A stretch of 62,500 nucleotides of DNA, the filler included, from Sphacelaria rigidula (Eukaryota), in assembly GCA_964200075.2 (NCBI GenBank). It is 9 parts of 9 records of this genome, joined end to end, with 100 filler letters (N's around TTAATTAATTAA, not from the genome) between each part and the next. Parts side by side here need not be neighbours in the genome. Positions count along the whole stretch, not along the records: positions 1 to 6,856 come from CAXNAA020017742.1; positions 6,957 to 13,812 come from CAXNAA020017743.1; 7 more parts are not named here. One strand, 5' to 3'. The notes beneath the pieces were generated by a model that was given only the letters and a program-made list of their open reading frames with translations, did not search any database and was not told the DNA's origin. Positions 1 through 11,749 of the stretch are shown here, piece after piece; the stretch's first letter is position 1, and every line of letters begins with the position of its first letter. Position numbers and translations under genes: made by a program.

Positions 1-1845
1 GGCCATTTTTCGTACCTTTCTTAGGCAAAAAACGAGAAGGTATACCTTTTCTAGGCCATTGCCCTTAATTCAATGCAGAGGTTACCCTACAGGTGTGGAG
101 CCATCACTACCGTGTACCAACAGCATCGTGACGCATTCGGCGGTACTACCTGCTCACTGCACAGCGGTAGGGTGCAGGGTGACAAAGCACACCGCAGGAC
201 GTGACATCCTCAGCCTATCCCTATCCTGCATTGATTTCGCGTTGTCTTATCTATGCAGTTCGCCACATCATGAATGCACCCGCTTGTATCTGCGGCAAAC
301 GTGTACGCAGGATATCACTCCACGCGCTACAGTGTATCGATACGTCACATATTGTAAAGCTGTCCGTGTTGCAGCTACAGCGTGCGTTTGCCCCAGGTGG
401 CGCACGCAGGAGTGAAAGGCTGCCTCCGCCGCTGTCATGTCCCGGATCTATCCAGCCCGCCATTCTACAACGAGTCTCGGGGGCAATATGAACTCGCTCG
501 CGACGACTTACGAAAACGTTTCGTGGGGGGAGAAACACCTAGCGCTCTTTGGGCGTGAATAATCGCGGGTTGAGACATTTGTTATGCATGTTCATGAAAA
601 AATGAGTGCCGTACATACATGCTACGAGTACGCATCATCACCATTATCGTTTTTCGAACATCCTGCTTTCTCGACTACTCTTGTCAGCACGAAGCGATAT
701 TGCATACGCTCCACAACAACGAAACACGAAGAAAGCTTGCCAAGCATGTCACAATTCATCACGACGGACTTCGCGTTGACTAAAACCAGGAGTAATTTGA
801 GCGTCCTGCTGCTTCTACTACGAGGCACCGCAAGTAGTGTTCAGGTTTCAGTACCGTCACGCATGTGTCGGCCATCAATCATTCAACACACATGGAACAC
901 AAAAACACGACGAATAATATTCTCGTTTTTGCGATACTGAAGATCCTACGGCAAAATCCCGGACAGCAACGCACAGCACATGCTTTTTTAACGTCCACGA
1001 TCTTCCATGCAAGCAACATTCGTGCTCTACACTCCTGTACCGTAGTCGTTGTCAGGGCGGTGGGTCGATGCTATGATCGGTGAATTCTCTCCCAACAAAA
1101 CGACGTCGCTCAAGCCTGGATATTTCTGCCTCAAGGTGCGGCTATCCCGCGTCCTGAGGCGTGCGACCCTCAGATGCAATGCCGAAACGTTACCACGAGA
1201 GCTCCCCCAGCTCCCGTCGCCCCCCAGACGTCGCAGCCTCTCACTCATCATGCGCTCACCCCCCTTTACAGGAGTAGGGGTAGCTAAAAAGGCACGAGAT
1301 CTAGGGTCTCGTGGGGGGGGGGGGGGGGGGGGAAGGCCGACTCGTCGCGATCCCCCCCCCCCCCCCCCCCCTCNNNNNNNNNNCCTCTCACCCCCCCCCC
1401 CCCCTGTGCGGGAGGGGGGGAAGGCAAAAAGGCGCGAGGTGCTGGGGTCGGGGGGGGGGGGGGGGGGGGGGTGGCGAAGCCCGCCTCCCCCCCCCCCCGC
1501 CCCCTCCTCTTACGCCCGAGGGACAAACACACGAGCACAGTGAAACCGATCGGCGATGAGTTGTATTCCACCACTCTCATCAGCATTGTGATAATCGTGG
1601 AGACCAGGCACGTCAACTCGAAACTATTGCGCTTTTGAACCGTTCGACCTCGAGCGCTACGTGAGTCAAGAGCACCATGACGTCCCCTCAGTATGTTTGA
1701 AATATTACCACCCCAATTCCCCCCGGCCATCAACAGCAAAAACCACGTGGTTCATCAACAACTAAACTACAACAAGCGAGCAAAAAAGCACCGTCAACTA
1801 ACTTTTCATTCATGGACCATGACTACATATATATACATACACATA

Positions 1846-2392
1846 TCAAGACCAATTTATTTCTTCAGCCTCCGCAGCCGCAATAGCAGCAGCTTCATCC
1901 ACACCACTCTCCTGCTCCCTCCCTTCCTCGTAATCCCACACCCCAAACTTGCTTCCACCTCCACCCAACGTATTCCCACCTGCACCGACAGTAATCTCAT
2001 TTCCCCAACCATCCTCATCACCCCAATCCTCCTCCTCATGATCTCCATCACCATCACCATCATCATCTTGGTCATCATTGTCGCCAGACGCCCGGCTTCT
2101 TCCCGGGAGTAAACTGTCGTCGTAGTCGTACTCCTCCATATAGGCTGCACTCGCGAGGGCGGGCGGGGGTCCGCAGCGGGGCTTGCTCTTGGGTCTCTTG
2201 CAAGTCAGCTTAATCCTGTTGAGATCCACGTCGATCTCTTTGGCGTACACCCGGAGTCGCCTGTTTCGCGGGAGTACTTCGTATGCAGCCACGCCCTGGT
2301 TTTTGCGTTTTAGGTTCACGGGCATTTGTGCTGCTGTTGTTGTTGTCATTGGTGGTGGTAGTTTTGAGAAACTTCCCGTCTTTGCAGTATAC
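1846..2392 (-). CDS. Terminal exon of an unidentified protein; possible end of an S1/OB-fold domain followed by an acidic tail
   Basis: Acceptor tgtgacAG at 2394-2393, then an open frame to TGA at 1846. RLRVYAKEIDVDLNRIKLT resembles the end of S1 domains (V-x-V...D....RI-x-L). D/E-rich tail. Confidence 0.6.
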
Positions 2393-2469
2393 CTGTCACA
2401 TACAGGCTGGGCCGCCCAAGATGCGGACAGGGATGTGAACACGCGATCTACAAGCTAAATTTTGGGTCG

Positions 2470-3065
2470 TCTCCTGTGAAATTTCGACACGATGTACGGG
2501 ACGTATGTACAAAGACTCCATCTTGTGCCCTCAACAGTCTTTTTTTTTTCCGGGAGTTATTCAAGATTCTGTTCCGGAATAAACTGTTCTGAAATATTTG
2601 GTCACCGATAACTCTCGGAGAAAAAAACAAAAATGTGAGGGGTAGAAAATGGAGTCTTTGCACATACATTCTGTACATCGTGTCAACATTTCATAGAAAA
2701 CGGCCCAAAATTGAGCTGTTGAATCGCGTGCCCGTGTCGAAGACCGCTTCCTAGGTGGAGATCGACCAGCCACGAAAAAATAAAACGGGATTATGCTGTT
2801 CGATTTCGAGTATTCTTTCACAAATTTTTGACACGATGCGCATGAGGTACGTTGTGAAGTCCCCATTGTCCGCCCTCGACACTTTTTTTCAATGAGTTGT
2901 CGACGCTTTCGTACCAATGAAGATTGATGGGAAATTTAGATCACCAATAACTCACGAGGAAAAAAAAAGAAGAGGGGGGAACGGTAGGGGCTTTACACAT
3001 ACCCCATGTATATCGTGTCAAAATTTCATGGAAACGACCTGAAATTGAGCAGTGTAATCGCCTTT
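2470..3065. repeat. Foldback array of four ~100-130 bp units in alternating orientation
   Basis: Units ~2601-2730 and ~2940-3065 share tcacc.ataactc...acatcgtgtcaa.atttcat.gaaa...aaattgagc; ~2470-2562 and ~2800-2900 are reverse-complement copies (aaattt.gacacgatg). Confidence 0.7.
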
Positions 3066-3659
3066 TTCTGTCGAGAACCAGTTCACTTGCTTTTAGAGTG
3101 CGACAACCTCAGCCAGAACTTTGACTTTTTCTACAAGCGCGACGCCTTGGCGCGCTGGAGGTCTCGTCTGCGTGCCATCTCAGACACTGCGCGCCTACAG
3201 TACGACATGCTTGTTGTATAACCACTATTAATGCGGCACCATCACTTTGCGGCGGCGGCGGCACAACCGACTGTAACCGTAAATGCGATTACAACCGTTT
3301 TTTCCCCCCTAATTCCGCCGCACATGCCACCCTCAACTCTTTACACTTCACAGCTGACATACAGTTCTGTATTTCGTTCGACGGGAACTTATCAGATCGC
3401 AGTGCCACGTGAAGTGAAAGACGGGCGTTGATTTGCAGATTACCACGATGTATCATAGTAGGCACAACTCGCCATAGATCGTCAGTTAGAACCGGCTGAA
3501 GAAAAGACCGCTTCTTAGGCGGCCCAGCGTGTATGTAAGTCTCAGAAGAAGTCGCTCATGAAGCGCTTCTATCTCATGCAAAAATTAGCACCGACGGTAA
3601 CGATCCTATGTGTGTGACCACGGGTTCGAGAAATCGGGCTAGTGTGCGGAACTTATACT

Positions 3660-3800
3660 AGGAGCGATGATAATGGCAATGATGATGTTAACGATAACGA
3701 TAACGATAACGACAATGATCATGATGACAATGGTAACGTTCATAGCAACGGCAGTAATGATGAAACTATTACTATTACACAAACTAGTATTAGTACTACT
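3660..3800. repeat. Degenerate (GAT/AAC) trinucleotide microsatellite
   Basis: gataacgataacgataacgacaatgatcatgatgac run. Confidence 0.8.
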
Positions 3801-3802
3801 GC

Positions 3803-4215
3803 ACCGGAACCGTACGAAAGGTACCGCACCGAGCGTACCCCCGGTATTTACCGGGGTATCTCATATCGTGGTATGCGTGGGTATCGTAGGTATGAGTTTT
3901 GGAAATACCTGACTGAGCGGGTACGGTAGGTAATGAAATCTCGAAATACCGTGGTATCGTAGGTATCGTAGGCATGAGTTTTGAAAATACCTGATTGAGC
4001 AGGTGCGGTAGGTACTAGGATCTCGAAATACCGTGGTATCGGATGTAGTAGTAGGTATGGGTGTTGAAAATACCCGATTGAGCACGTAGGGTAGGTACTG
4101 GTATCTCGAAGTACCGAGATATAGTAGGTATCGTAGGTATGACGTTTGAAAATACCCGATTGGGTCGGTATCGGTAGGGTATGAAATGCCCCAAATACCA
4201 GTACCGGGTGCCTGC
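3803..4215 (+). repeat. Minisatellite-containing dispersed repeat, copy 1 (~60-70 bp units)
   Basis: Unit tctcgaaataccgtggtatcgtaggtatcgtaggtatg...gaaaatacc(c/t)gattgagcgggtacggtaggta repeated about 5 times; second copy at 5250-5725. Confidence 0.85.
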
Positions 4216-5249
4216 CTTACCCTCTATATACCGACTACAAAACTGTCATCCGGCAGCGCGGAGAAGCGTTTCAAGGCGTGACTTGGCACCTTTTGTTTTC
4301 GATCGAAAAGTTGGGGCGGTGGAATTGATTTGGGTGAAATCGCTCGTTTTTCTCGAGTTGGGTCCAAGCGAATTTCGAGCTTTCGATCGAAAAAAGACAG
4401 TGTAATTCGTGAAACGGTACATGGTCACTCGTGTGCAGTGCAGACAGTCCTACTGTCTGCACTGCTTGCAAGCAGCGTGTCTCGAGTGACTGTGTACGTG
4501 TTTCGTGCAGTGGGATTTTTAAAGAGAGGCAGGCAACGTGCAGTGCAGACAGCTCAGGACTCTCAGTTCTCTCTGCTTACAATGCAACGTGACAATGCGA
4601 CGTGAACGGCACTTCAACGTGCAGCTTGGTACTGCGTCCACCGTCCATGAGGGTGTACGCAACTCGGTTGCCCACCGCACCACGCAGTCCCGTCGTTGAT
4701 CCTACCATCAAAGAAGATGCGCAAGTTTTCGCCAACAAAAAATGAACAAAGCATACCCAACTACTGCAGTATATTTATCACTCCCTATGCTCAACTCGTA
4801 CTCGATGCTGCAGGGTTGCGGTGGTAGCTGAGAATGTGTTGGATACAGTTTCCATGGTTGTGTGAACGGGTGTTATCTGGCGTGGTGGTCAGCAAGATGG
4901 GAGTCAAGTGCCGCTTCGTGCCTTTCGACCGCATGTTTTCGATCGAAAAAGCTTAGCTTTATTGTTTTGTAGTTTTTCTCCGCGCGCCACTAGTTATATG
5001 TTTTGGTTGAAGCCCTCTATCAGATAGACCTGCCAGAAATGCCGTGAGCTTATCAGATTGAGAAAAAAAAACGACCGCACTTCAGACTACATAATAATGA
5101 GTTTATTCTAATCAAACTAAACACGAAAAAGGGTAATGTGGGTATTTATTACCAGTGAAAACGAGACGTGCCTGCTCCGACAACTTCTGGCCCTCGCTTA
5201 AGCTGGGATCAGCTGCTGCACCGTGGACAATGTGCATCGTGTCCGGTCT

Positions 5250-5725
5250 TTACCGGGTATACCACCGGTAATTACCGGGGTATCTCATACCCGTGGTATG
5301 CATGGGTATCGTAGATATGAATTTTGAAAATACCCGATTGAGCGGATACGGTAGGTATCGAAATCTCGAAATACCGTGGCATCGTAGGTATCGTGGGTAT
5401 GAGTTTTGAAAATATCTGATTGAGCGGGTACGGTAGGTATTCAAATCTCGAAATACCGTTATTTTGTAGGTATCATAGGTATGGGTGTTGAAAAAAAACG
5501 ATTGAGCGGGTACGGTAAGTATTGAAATCTCGAAATACCGTGGTATCGTAGGTATCGCAGGTACGACATTCGAAAATACCGGATTGGGCGAGCATGGTAG
5601 GTATTGACATCTCGAAATACCGTGGTATGGTGGGTATCGTAGATATAACTTTGAAAAAATACCCGATTGGACCGGTATCGATAGGGTATGAGATTTCCCG
5701 AATACCGGTACCGGGTACCTACCTT
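5250..5725 (+). repeat. Minisatellite-containing dispersed repeat, copy 2
   Basis: Same start (ccggta.ttaccggggtatctcata), same unit and same end (aatacc.gtaccgggt.cct.cc) as 3803-4215. Confidence 0.85.
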
Positions 5726-5869
5726 ACCTGCGGTGCCTGTGTGCTTCTGCTAAAACTAATAAACAAAACACATCTCCCTACAGGCTGGTTCACGCTCATC
5801 ACCCAAAAAAACACTCATCGGCAAAACTTCACACCGTTTTAAGGCGTTAGACCCTGACTTTTGCACGAA

Positions 5870-6760
5870 TGTTATATGGGCCAGTACGCAACTCAGCAGG
5901 ATTGGTTTTATTTATTTTACTGTTTTCGCCGTTTTTCGGGGGTCCCAGTTTTTCTGGGGAAACCTCGACCCAATCGGACCCCCGTAAAACGGTAACAAGA
6001 AAATATATTTAAAAAACCCGTTCCTGCAAAGTTGCGTCATGTCCCAGAGCACAGCTGTGCGAAATTTCAGGGGCTAACTCCTTGAAACGGCGTAAAGTTT
6101 TTGGCTTGTGTGATAAAGTTTGCCGTACCGCGGTGAAACCGCAAACTACTTGATTTTAGTAACAAAACGGCGTTTTGGGGCTTTTTTTGACGTGAACATG
6201 GAAATTGGAAATTCAAGCATCAATTGATCGAGTTTTGCGACGAAAAATTGTTGAGCCCATCCTGGGGTTATGCGGAGGCAGATAGTCCGCGAAAAAATGA
6301 AAAAAAATTCGTAGTGCCATTTTTCTGGGGTCCCAAAATGGAGACTACTTCGAAAAACGCCTTCGATCCCGTCGGACCCCCGAAAAACGGTGAAAAACTC
6401 AAGATGTACAAACAATATCGTCCGTAGAAAGTTGCGTAATGGTACATGACATATTTATGCGAAGTTTCAGGATCTAACTCCTAATGACAGCGTGAAAGTT
6501 CGCGCGTTTGTGGAGGACGTGGGCTTGAAACGTGCAACTCCTAACTACTTGGTTTTAGTATGGATATGTCTTTTGGGGTGAATTTAACGCCAAGGCAAGA
6601 AAAACCGTATGAGGTTTTCGATTTTCTCCACCAAACTTTGTACATGTGTTCTTTGGACTCTCCTGGGACACATTTTTCATTATTTTTGTTTTAGGGCATT
6701 CTGTACCGCCTTCCGGGGGCCTTCATACTGGGACCCCCGGAAGCCGGTAGAGAACGGAGA
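5870..6760. repeat. Repeat element with internal direct and inverted subunits (MITE/foldback-like)
   Basis: aaagttgcgt.atg...gcgaa.tttcagg..ctaactcct at ~6028 and ~6428; ggacccc.g.aa..cggt at ~5976, ~6373 and ~6731; inverted tacgcaact at ~5885. Confidence 0.55.
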
Positions 6761-6856
6761 AAACAAGATATTTTGTCAAGAATACCATTTTTTCATTTTG
6801 AGCATCAATACCTATGGAACTGCCGAGTTTGAGGGCGATCTGAGCTCTTCTACAAC

Positions 6857-6956
6857 NNNNNNNNNNNNNNNNNNNNNNNNNNNNNNNNNNNNNNNNNNNN
6901 TTAATTAATTAANNNNNNNNNNNNNNNNNNNNNNNNNNNNNNNNNNNNNNNNNNNN
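6857..6956. other. Artificial contig linker 44N-TTAATTAATTAA-44N (also 13813-13912, 20769-20868, 27725-27824, 34681-34780, 41636-41735, 48591-48690, 55546-55645)
   Basis: Identical 100-bp spacer with all-frame stops occurs 8 times; 5x6856 + 4x6855 + 8x100 = 62500. Confidence 0.98.
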
Positions 6957-7344
6957 TTTGGGCAATCAGGCCGAAGAAAACGTGAATTTGGTGATTTTGA
7001 GTCGTGATGATTTGTCCTAACCGTGGAATTGAGTATAGTGTCGATACCCCCCAAAAGGGCAGACTTGGGTACGATGATGTCAACACTACTCATTTTTTCG
7101 GTAAATACGCTCTCAGAAATACTCGGGTTTAGGCTATCACTTGGGTATAAAGTTTGTACTTCACAATTGGGCAGATTTGGGTATGATCTGAATACTCGAC
7201 TCTAATATTGTGGGTAAGTACTCGGCTGTGCCAAAGCGTATAGAGTATCACATGGGTACGACTTGAATACTGTACCCGAAATTAGGGTACAGTCGGGTAT
7301 GATCTCAGTCGTCAACCCCAATAATTTCTGGGTAATTTGGGTCT

Positions 7345-7581
7345 GTGTGTGTTATGTTGTCGTCCCATCTATTCTGGACGCCGGTCCACACCTTTCGGTA
7401 TATGTGGGCGCACCAGTCGGGGTTGCAAAGGAGGAAGGCTAAAACAGGAGGTTTTTCTTTTCATTTTGTTTTAGTTCTCCACCTACTTTCTTCGGTGCTT
7501 GCCTTTATCTTTTATCGCGAGAGGTGTCCAGCAGCCCCTTTCCCTCGTTGATCGATAAGTCGAATTTTGTTTACCCACGAC
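7345..7581 (-). mobile_element. 5'-truncated tRNA-derived SINE, family A
   Basis: Reverse complement of the 3' half of the copies at 44392 and 53378, including the (AC)n tail (gtgtgtgtt...tcgtcccatctattctggacgcc). Confidence 0.75.
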
Positions 7582-9977
7582 GCGTAGTCGATAGGATGGC
7601 AGACTCAGCAGTCAGCAACAGCACCAGCAGGCGTGGCCTGGTTAGCCGGCGCAGTACTCATACTTCGCCAAAAAAAAAGGTCCGCGGTGTTCGTTCCGAG
7701 GTGAGTAACCGAGGAGCACTTTACCGATGGATTTCACACGTCGGACAGCTAAAAACAGCGGATCCTGAAAAATGGGGTCCATCTAGAAAAATCGCAACCT
7801 CTGTAAAATCAAAACAGTTCGGTTTTCTCAATTACATGAACATGATTAAAAGGACTCATGTGGTGTGAGGGAAAGTGGCCGCTTTGGGTCCGTCCACACG
7901 CGCGAAGATACTATAAAACAGCAATAATACACTTTCCTGACATCGGAATACCGCGATCAGTACAGAACGAAACATAAATTGACGGTTTCACGTTCTTATT
8001 AGAAAGCAACGGGCTATAAACGGTTTGCAGGTTGGAAAACGCGGAATTTCATAGAGAACCTATATGTTTCCCCGCGGGTGTTGCATGCGATTGCAAAATC
8101 TCTGTCGTCCTTCTTGTATACCTGGTGGGAGGATAGGGAAGCCACAGTTCCTTAAACCACTCGAGTCCTTTTAATCGTTTCATGTAGTTGGGAAAACCGA
8201 ACTGTTTTGTTTCTTCAGAGGTTGCGAAATTTCGGACATGTTCCTACGCCGGGCGACCTCTGCCAGTCCAGTAGAGCGACGAAGGCTAGCTATGATCGAG
8301 TTTGCCTGCCGTACTGCAGCCAGCGTTGCTTGAAAGCCACAAGACCTTTGCGGTCGGCGGTTGATGGCGTGGGTGTAAAATGCAATGACAAGTGGTTGAG
8401 CATAGAGCACCCTTGTTCTTCGTGGGTTTATATCTCGCCCCAGGTTGTAATGCGTGACCTCGTCACATCGGAATTATTTCTTGAAAGCTACTGCACCGAG
8501 GTGTTGACGCAGCCAGCGCGTGCTCCAGATGATCCGAACAGAACGGTGTTGCCCGTTGTTGTTGTCAACATTGCGTATCTCTACTGTGCAAGCCGAGTAC
8601 TAGAGCGAAGCAACAACATAATTTCGGTCATGCAAGTTACGAGGTTTCGCCAGCTCATGCAAATGCGACTCGCTCTTACTATATGACTACACATTCCACC
8701 ATCCGTGTGTGCACAAAGTTCGTTTTTACTATTATGTCGACCTTCCTGCATCTACTCATTGCTTGAATCAAACATCGTTACCGTCTCACCGTTATTCCTG
8801 AAACAATCGTAAGCTCACAGCACGTGGGGAAAGTCCAACGCAGAACGATACACGCCGAACGTCAGGATATTCTTGATCACAGCTTCAGGCCGATTCTGTT
8901 TCTTTTTTCTTTTGGTGGCGTCAAACTCTGCACTCCGAAAGAACTTGGACACCAGGGTGATACCACCCGGTTGGGCCGGCCCTTGTAAAGAACCGGATCC
9001 AACCAGATGTAAAGAGGCATGTTTATGTATTCCGTCTCTTGACGGATTACACCACATCCTCACCCCTGACTGCGGTACCAGCCAGTTCTCGCAATCAGCC
9101 CTCCGGGAGCGTGGTGTCGTTTTGAATCGACGGCCCATCATCGTACTACCCTCATCCACCACGCCACGCCACGGTCCGTAACACAGATTGCAGCATGGAC
9201 GCACCCCTCGGCACCACGCTCGCAATGGTTAGGTCACTACAACAGGTGTCGTGTTTCACTCCACATGTCAAAAAGGTCTCCACAAGTGTTTGATGTCTCA
9301 TACATCCCCCCCCCCAACTGTCGTCTCGCACGCTCTTGTGGTTGGGCACCCAGAGGGTCGCTCACATGCATGTCGGGTAAAATCAACGATGAATAACGCC
9401 CCCCAAGTTCAAATTGGATATATCTGTTGTTTTCGCCGCACCACCGCCCTTGCTCGCATGTGTGTGACATAGAACAGTAGTAGCGGTGACGGGAACGTTT
9501 CCTTATTTTTCAAGGACGTGTTTTCTAGCGCACAGAGGCGCGTCCTGTCCAAAAGGAGAGGCAGAGAGAAATCGATCTTCGCGTCGGCCACAGGCAATTG
9601 TAAGACAAGAGAAAATCTCTCCGCACCTCGCTGTTCTGGCATATGGAAAACTGGGTACATGCTGGTAACATCGATTATTTAAGTCTCTCGAAACTTTGGT
9701 AATCGCCGAGCAAGGACATACAAAGGACACGGGTGAGGAGCTTCCTCTCTGTGGTTGCTTCTCTCTCTGGTGATATCGTCATCCACACGCGTGTACACCG
9801 CAGTCGTAAGGTGCACCTAGCCACAGCTGCTCAACTGCTGCAGATATTCGGGGGGGAAGATGACTTCGCTCGGTTGTAAGTGTTTCGCGTCATCCCTGCA
9901 AAAAAGAAATGCTACTTGAACATCATTTTTGAGATGGACCCCATTTTTCAGGATCCGCTGTTTAAACTTACCTGGAC

Positions 9978-10172
9978 TCGATTGATTGTCGCACTTCTAC
10001 TGATTCCCCAGGGATCCAACCGTGGTCGAAACGAAACTGAAACGCCCGCTAAAGAAAAACGATATTAAAACAGAAACTATAGAACAGAGTAAATAACGAG
10101 ATGGCGCGCCACGTTTCGATCCTGGTTCCTCGAGGTTATGAGCCTCGCACACCACCTCTGTTCCACGTGCCC
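9978..10172 (-). mobile_element. SINE with tRNA-iMet-derived head and (AATC)n-type tail, family B
   Basis: Head 10172-10102 (next entry). Body 9978-10050 (gattgattgtcgc...ccccaggg.tcca.ccgtggtc...aactgaaac.c.c) recurs at ~19428-19515. Confidence 0.6.
10102..10172 (-). pseudogene. tRNA-iMet(CAT)-like sequence (pseudogene or SINE head)
   Basis: Minus strand GGGCACGTGGAACAGAGGTGGTGTGCGAGG-CTCATAA-CCTCGAGGAACCAGGATCGAAACGTGGCGCGCCA: perfect 5-bp anticodon stem around CAT and initiator-type T-loop GATCGAAA. The D-arm, T-stem and acceptor stem carry mismatches. Confidence 0.75.
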
Positions 10173-10199
10173 GTTGGGAGTTAATTCATTTTCGTACAT

Positions 10200-10670
10200 C
10201 TCACTGCTGATTTATACGGAATGACTCAGTGGTACCTACTCTTATTTCCACTGACTAAATAATAACGCGTGACTCAGCGGTACCTTTTTCATTGGTTGCG
10301 ACTTACAATGGAATTATATGGAATAACTCAGCCGTACGGAATAACTCAGCGGCACCTATTTCCATTGGCTGAGCTATACCGTATAGCTCAGCGGCACCTA
10401 TTTCCACTGGCTGAGTTATATACGGTGCAATTTTAGCGGTACCTACTCCACTGGCCGAGTTATACGGTATAACCCAGCGGTACCTTTGAACCCAGCGGCA
10501 CCTTTCCCACCGGCTGAGTTATACGGTATAACCCAGCGATACCTTTTCCCACTGGGTCAGCCATACGGTATAACTTAGCGATATCGTTTCTCCACTGGCT
10601 GAGTTGTATGGCATAACTCAGCGGTATCTATGTCAACCCAACGAGATATGCCACAAGGCTTGAGTTACCT
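10200..10670. repeat. ~42-bp minisatellite with palindromic (hairpin) units
   Basis: About 10 degenerate copies of ggtataactcagcggtacctatttccactggctgagttatac; tataactcagc and gctgagttata are reverse complements. Confidence 0.85.
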
Positions 10671-11749
10671 CATGAGTTGTCCGACGTGTGAGAGATACCG
10701 ATCACTTCCCTCAAGCTGTAGGTTTCTCCGAATTCAACCATGTTCGCTACCGCTATGTACTGGTAACCATCCGAAATGTGTCATCTTACTCGGGGATGGA
10801 GGCCGGTACTTCGCCTGTTTGTGTACAACTTGCAGGACATCGTCCGTCACCCACCAAAGTGAGGGATCTCATCTACGGGGACGGTTGTGAACGGTCTCTC
10901 CAGCCTCTGTCTCCCTAATGCTACACAGACTCCCCCCTCCAACTGATACGCGCGTCGTTCGGGTCGGCCTCTGATGCGGTCTCCTCGCTCCATTCCTTCA
11001 GCCACTCTCCCTTCTCAGCCACTCGTTGTAGCCAGCCTACTGGTGCGACTGCACCACAACGGTGGCGGTTTTCTTTCCTATAAATGATGGTGCTTTCAGC
11101 TCCTCGTCTTTGTACCGAGTTCCCCCCGCGTCCCGGCACGGGATCATCTCAGCCACGACATGCAGGGTCCTGAGCTGATACACAAACCCCACCACCTTCG
11201 ACTCCCCCGTCCTCAGGTCGTAAAGCCACCGTTTACCCACAATCTCCTTCACCATGTCGCAGTTCTTTTGCGACTACATGAAGGACCTGAATCCATCCAA
11301 GACTGTCACAGGGTGAGATCGAGGCACGTGCGTGAGCGTGATGTTACTTTTCGTGTTGCGGTTACCCCGGGCGTGATCACGCCGTCGCTTTTTTGGAACC
11401 TCGCTCCTTGCCTGGGGGTTTAGCGTCAAGGCATCGGTCAGCGTGACGATCAGAAGCGAACACGTGGGTTATTTGGTGAGATGCGAGGCCAAGTTGCCGC
11501 CGGGCGGATGTTATGAATATTTTGACAACACACAAATGTACACCGACGTGTGCACTAACGTGGCCGATTTAAATTGGTGGAACCAACGGACACACGGATG
11601 AAACTTTGAGGGTAGCCGAACTCGACGCAATGGATTCCTTTGGTTCTATAGGACAACAGCAGCAGCAGCAACAACAACAACAATAAGGTACTTCCTTCCA
11701 CCTTTCTCCCTCTCGTGCCATGGGACTTGTCTCCCACTGGGAGCGTCGG

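Noticed and set aside
1027..1251. GC-rich minus-strand ORF as an exon
   Set aside because: No recognisable homology and no clear donor site.
1300..1510. Poly-Gly/poly-Pro ORFs (also 30640-30800, 41540-41600)
   Set aside because: They come from G/C homopolymer tracts with N gaps, which are low-quality or simple sequence.
1846..2392. C-terminal exon of NOL10
   Set aside because: It is on a different, unrelated contig and shows no NOL10 motif.
3803..5725. CRISPR-like arrays
   Set aside because: Contiguous degenerate tandem units with no unique spacers, in eukaryotic context with no cas genes.
6901..6912. TTAATTAATTAA recurring every ~6.96 kb as a biological periodic motif
   Set aside because: Always embedded in 44N flanks; an assembly linker.
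8180..9470. Helitron- or other transposase-like relic (DEVTHYNLGR)
   Set aside because: The resemblance is a few residues only, with no catalytic motif in any frame.
10102..10172. Functional tRNA-iMet gene
   Set aside because: Mismatched acceptor and T stems, a degenerate D-arm, and attachment to a dispersed repeat body.
10200..10670. CRISPR array with palindromic repeats
   Set aside because: The loops between stems are near-identical, so it is a minisatellite.
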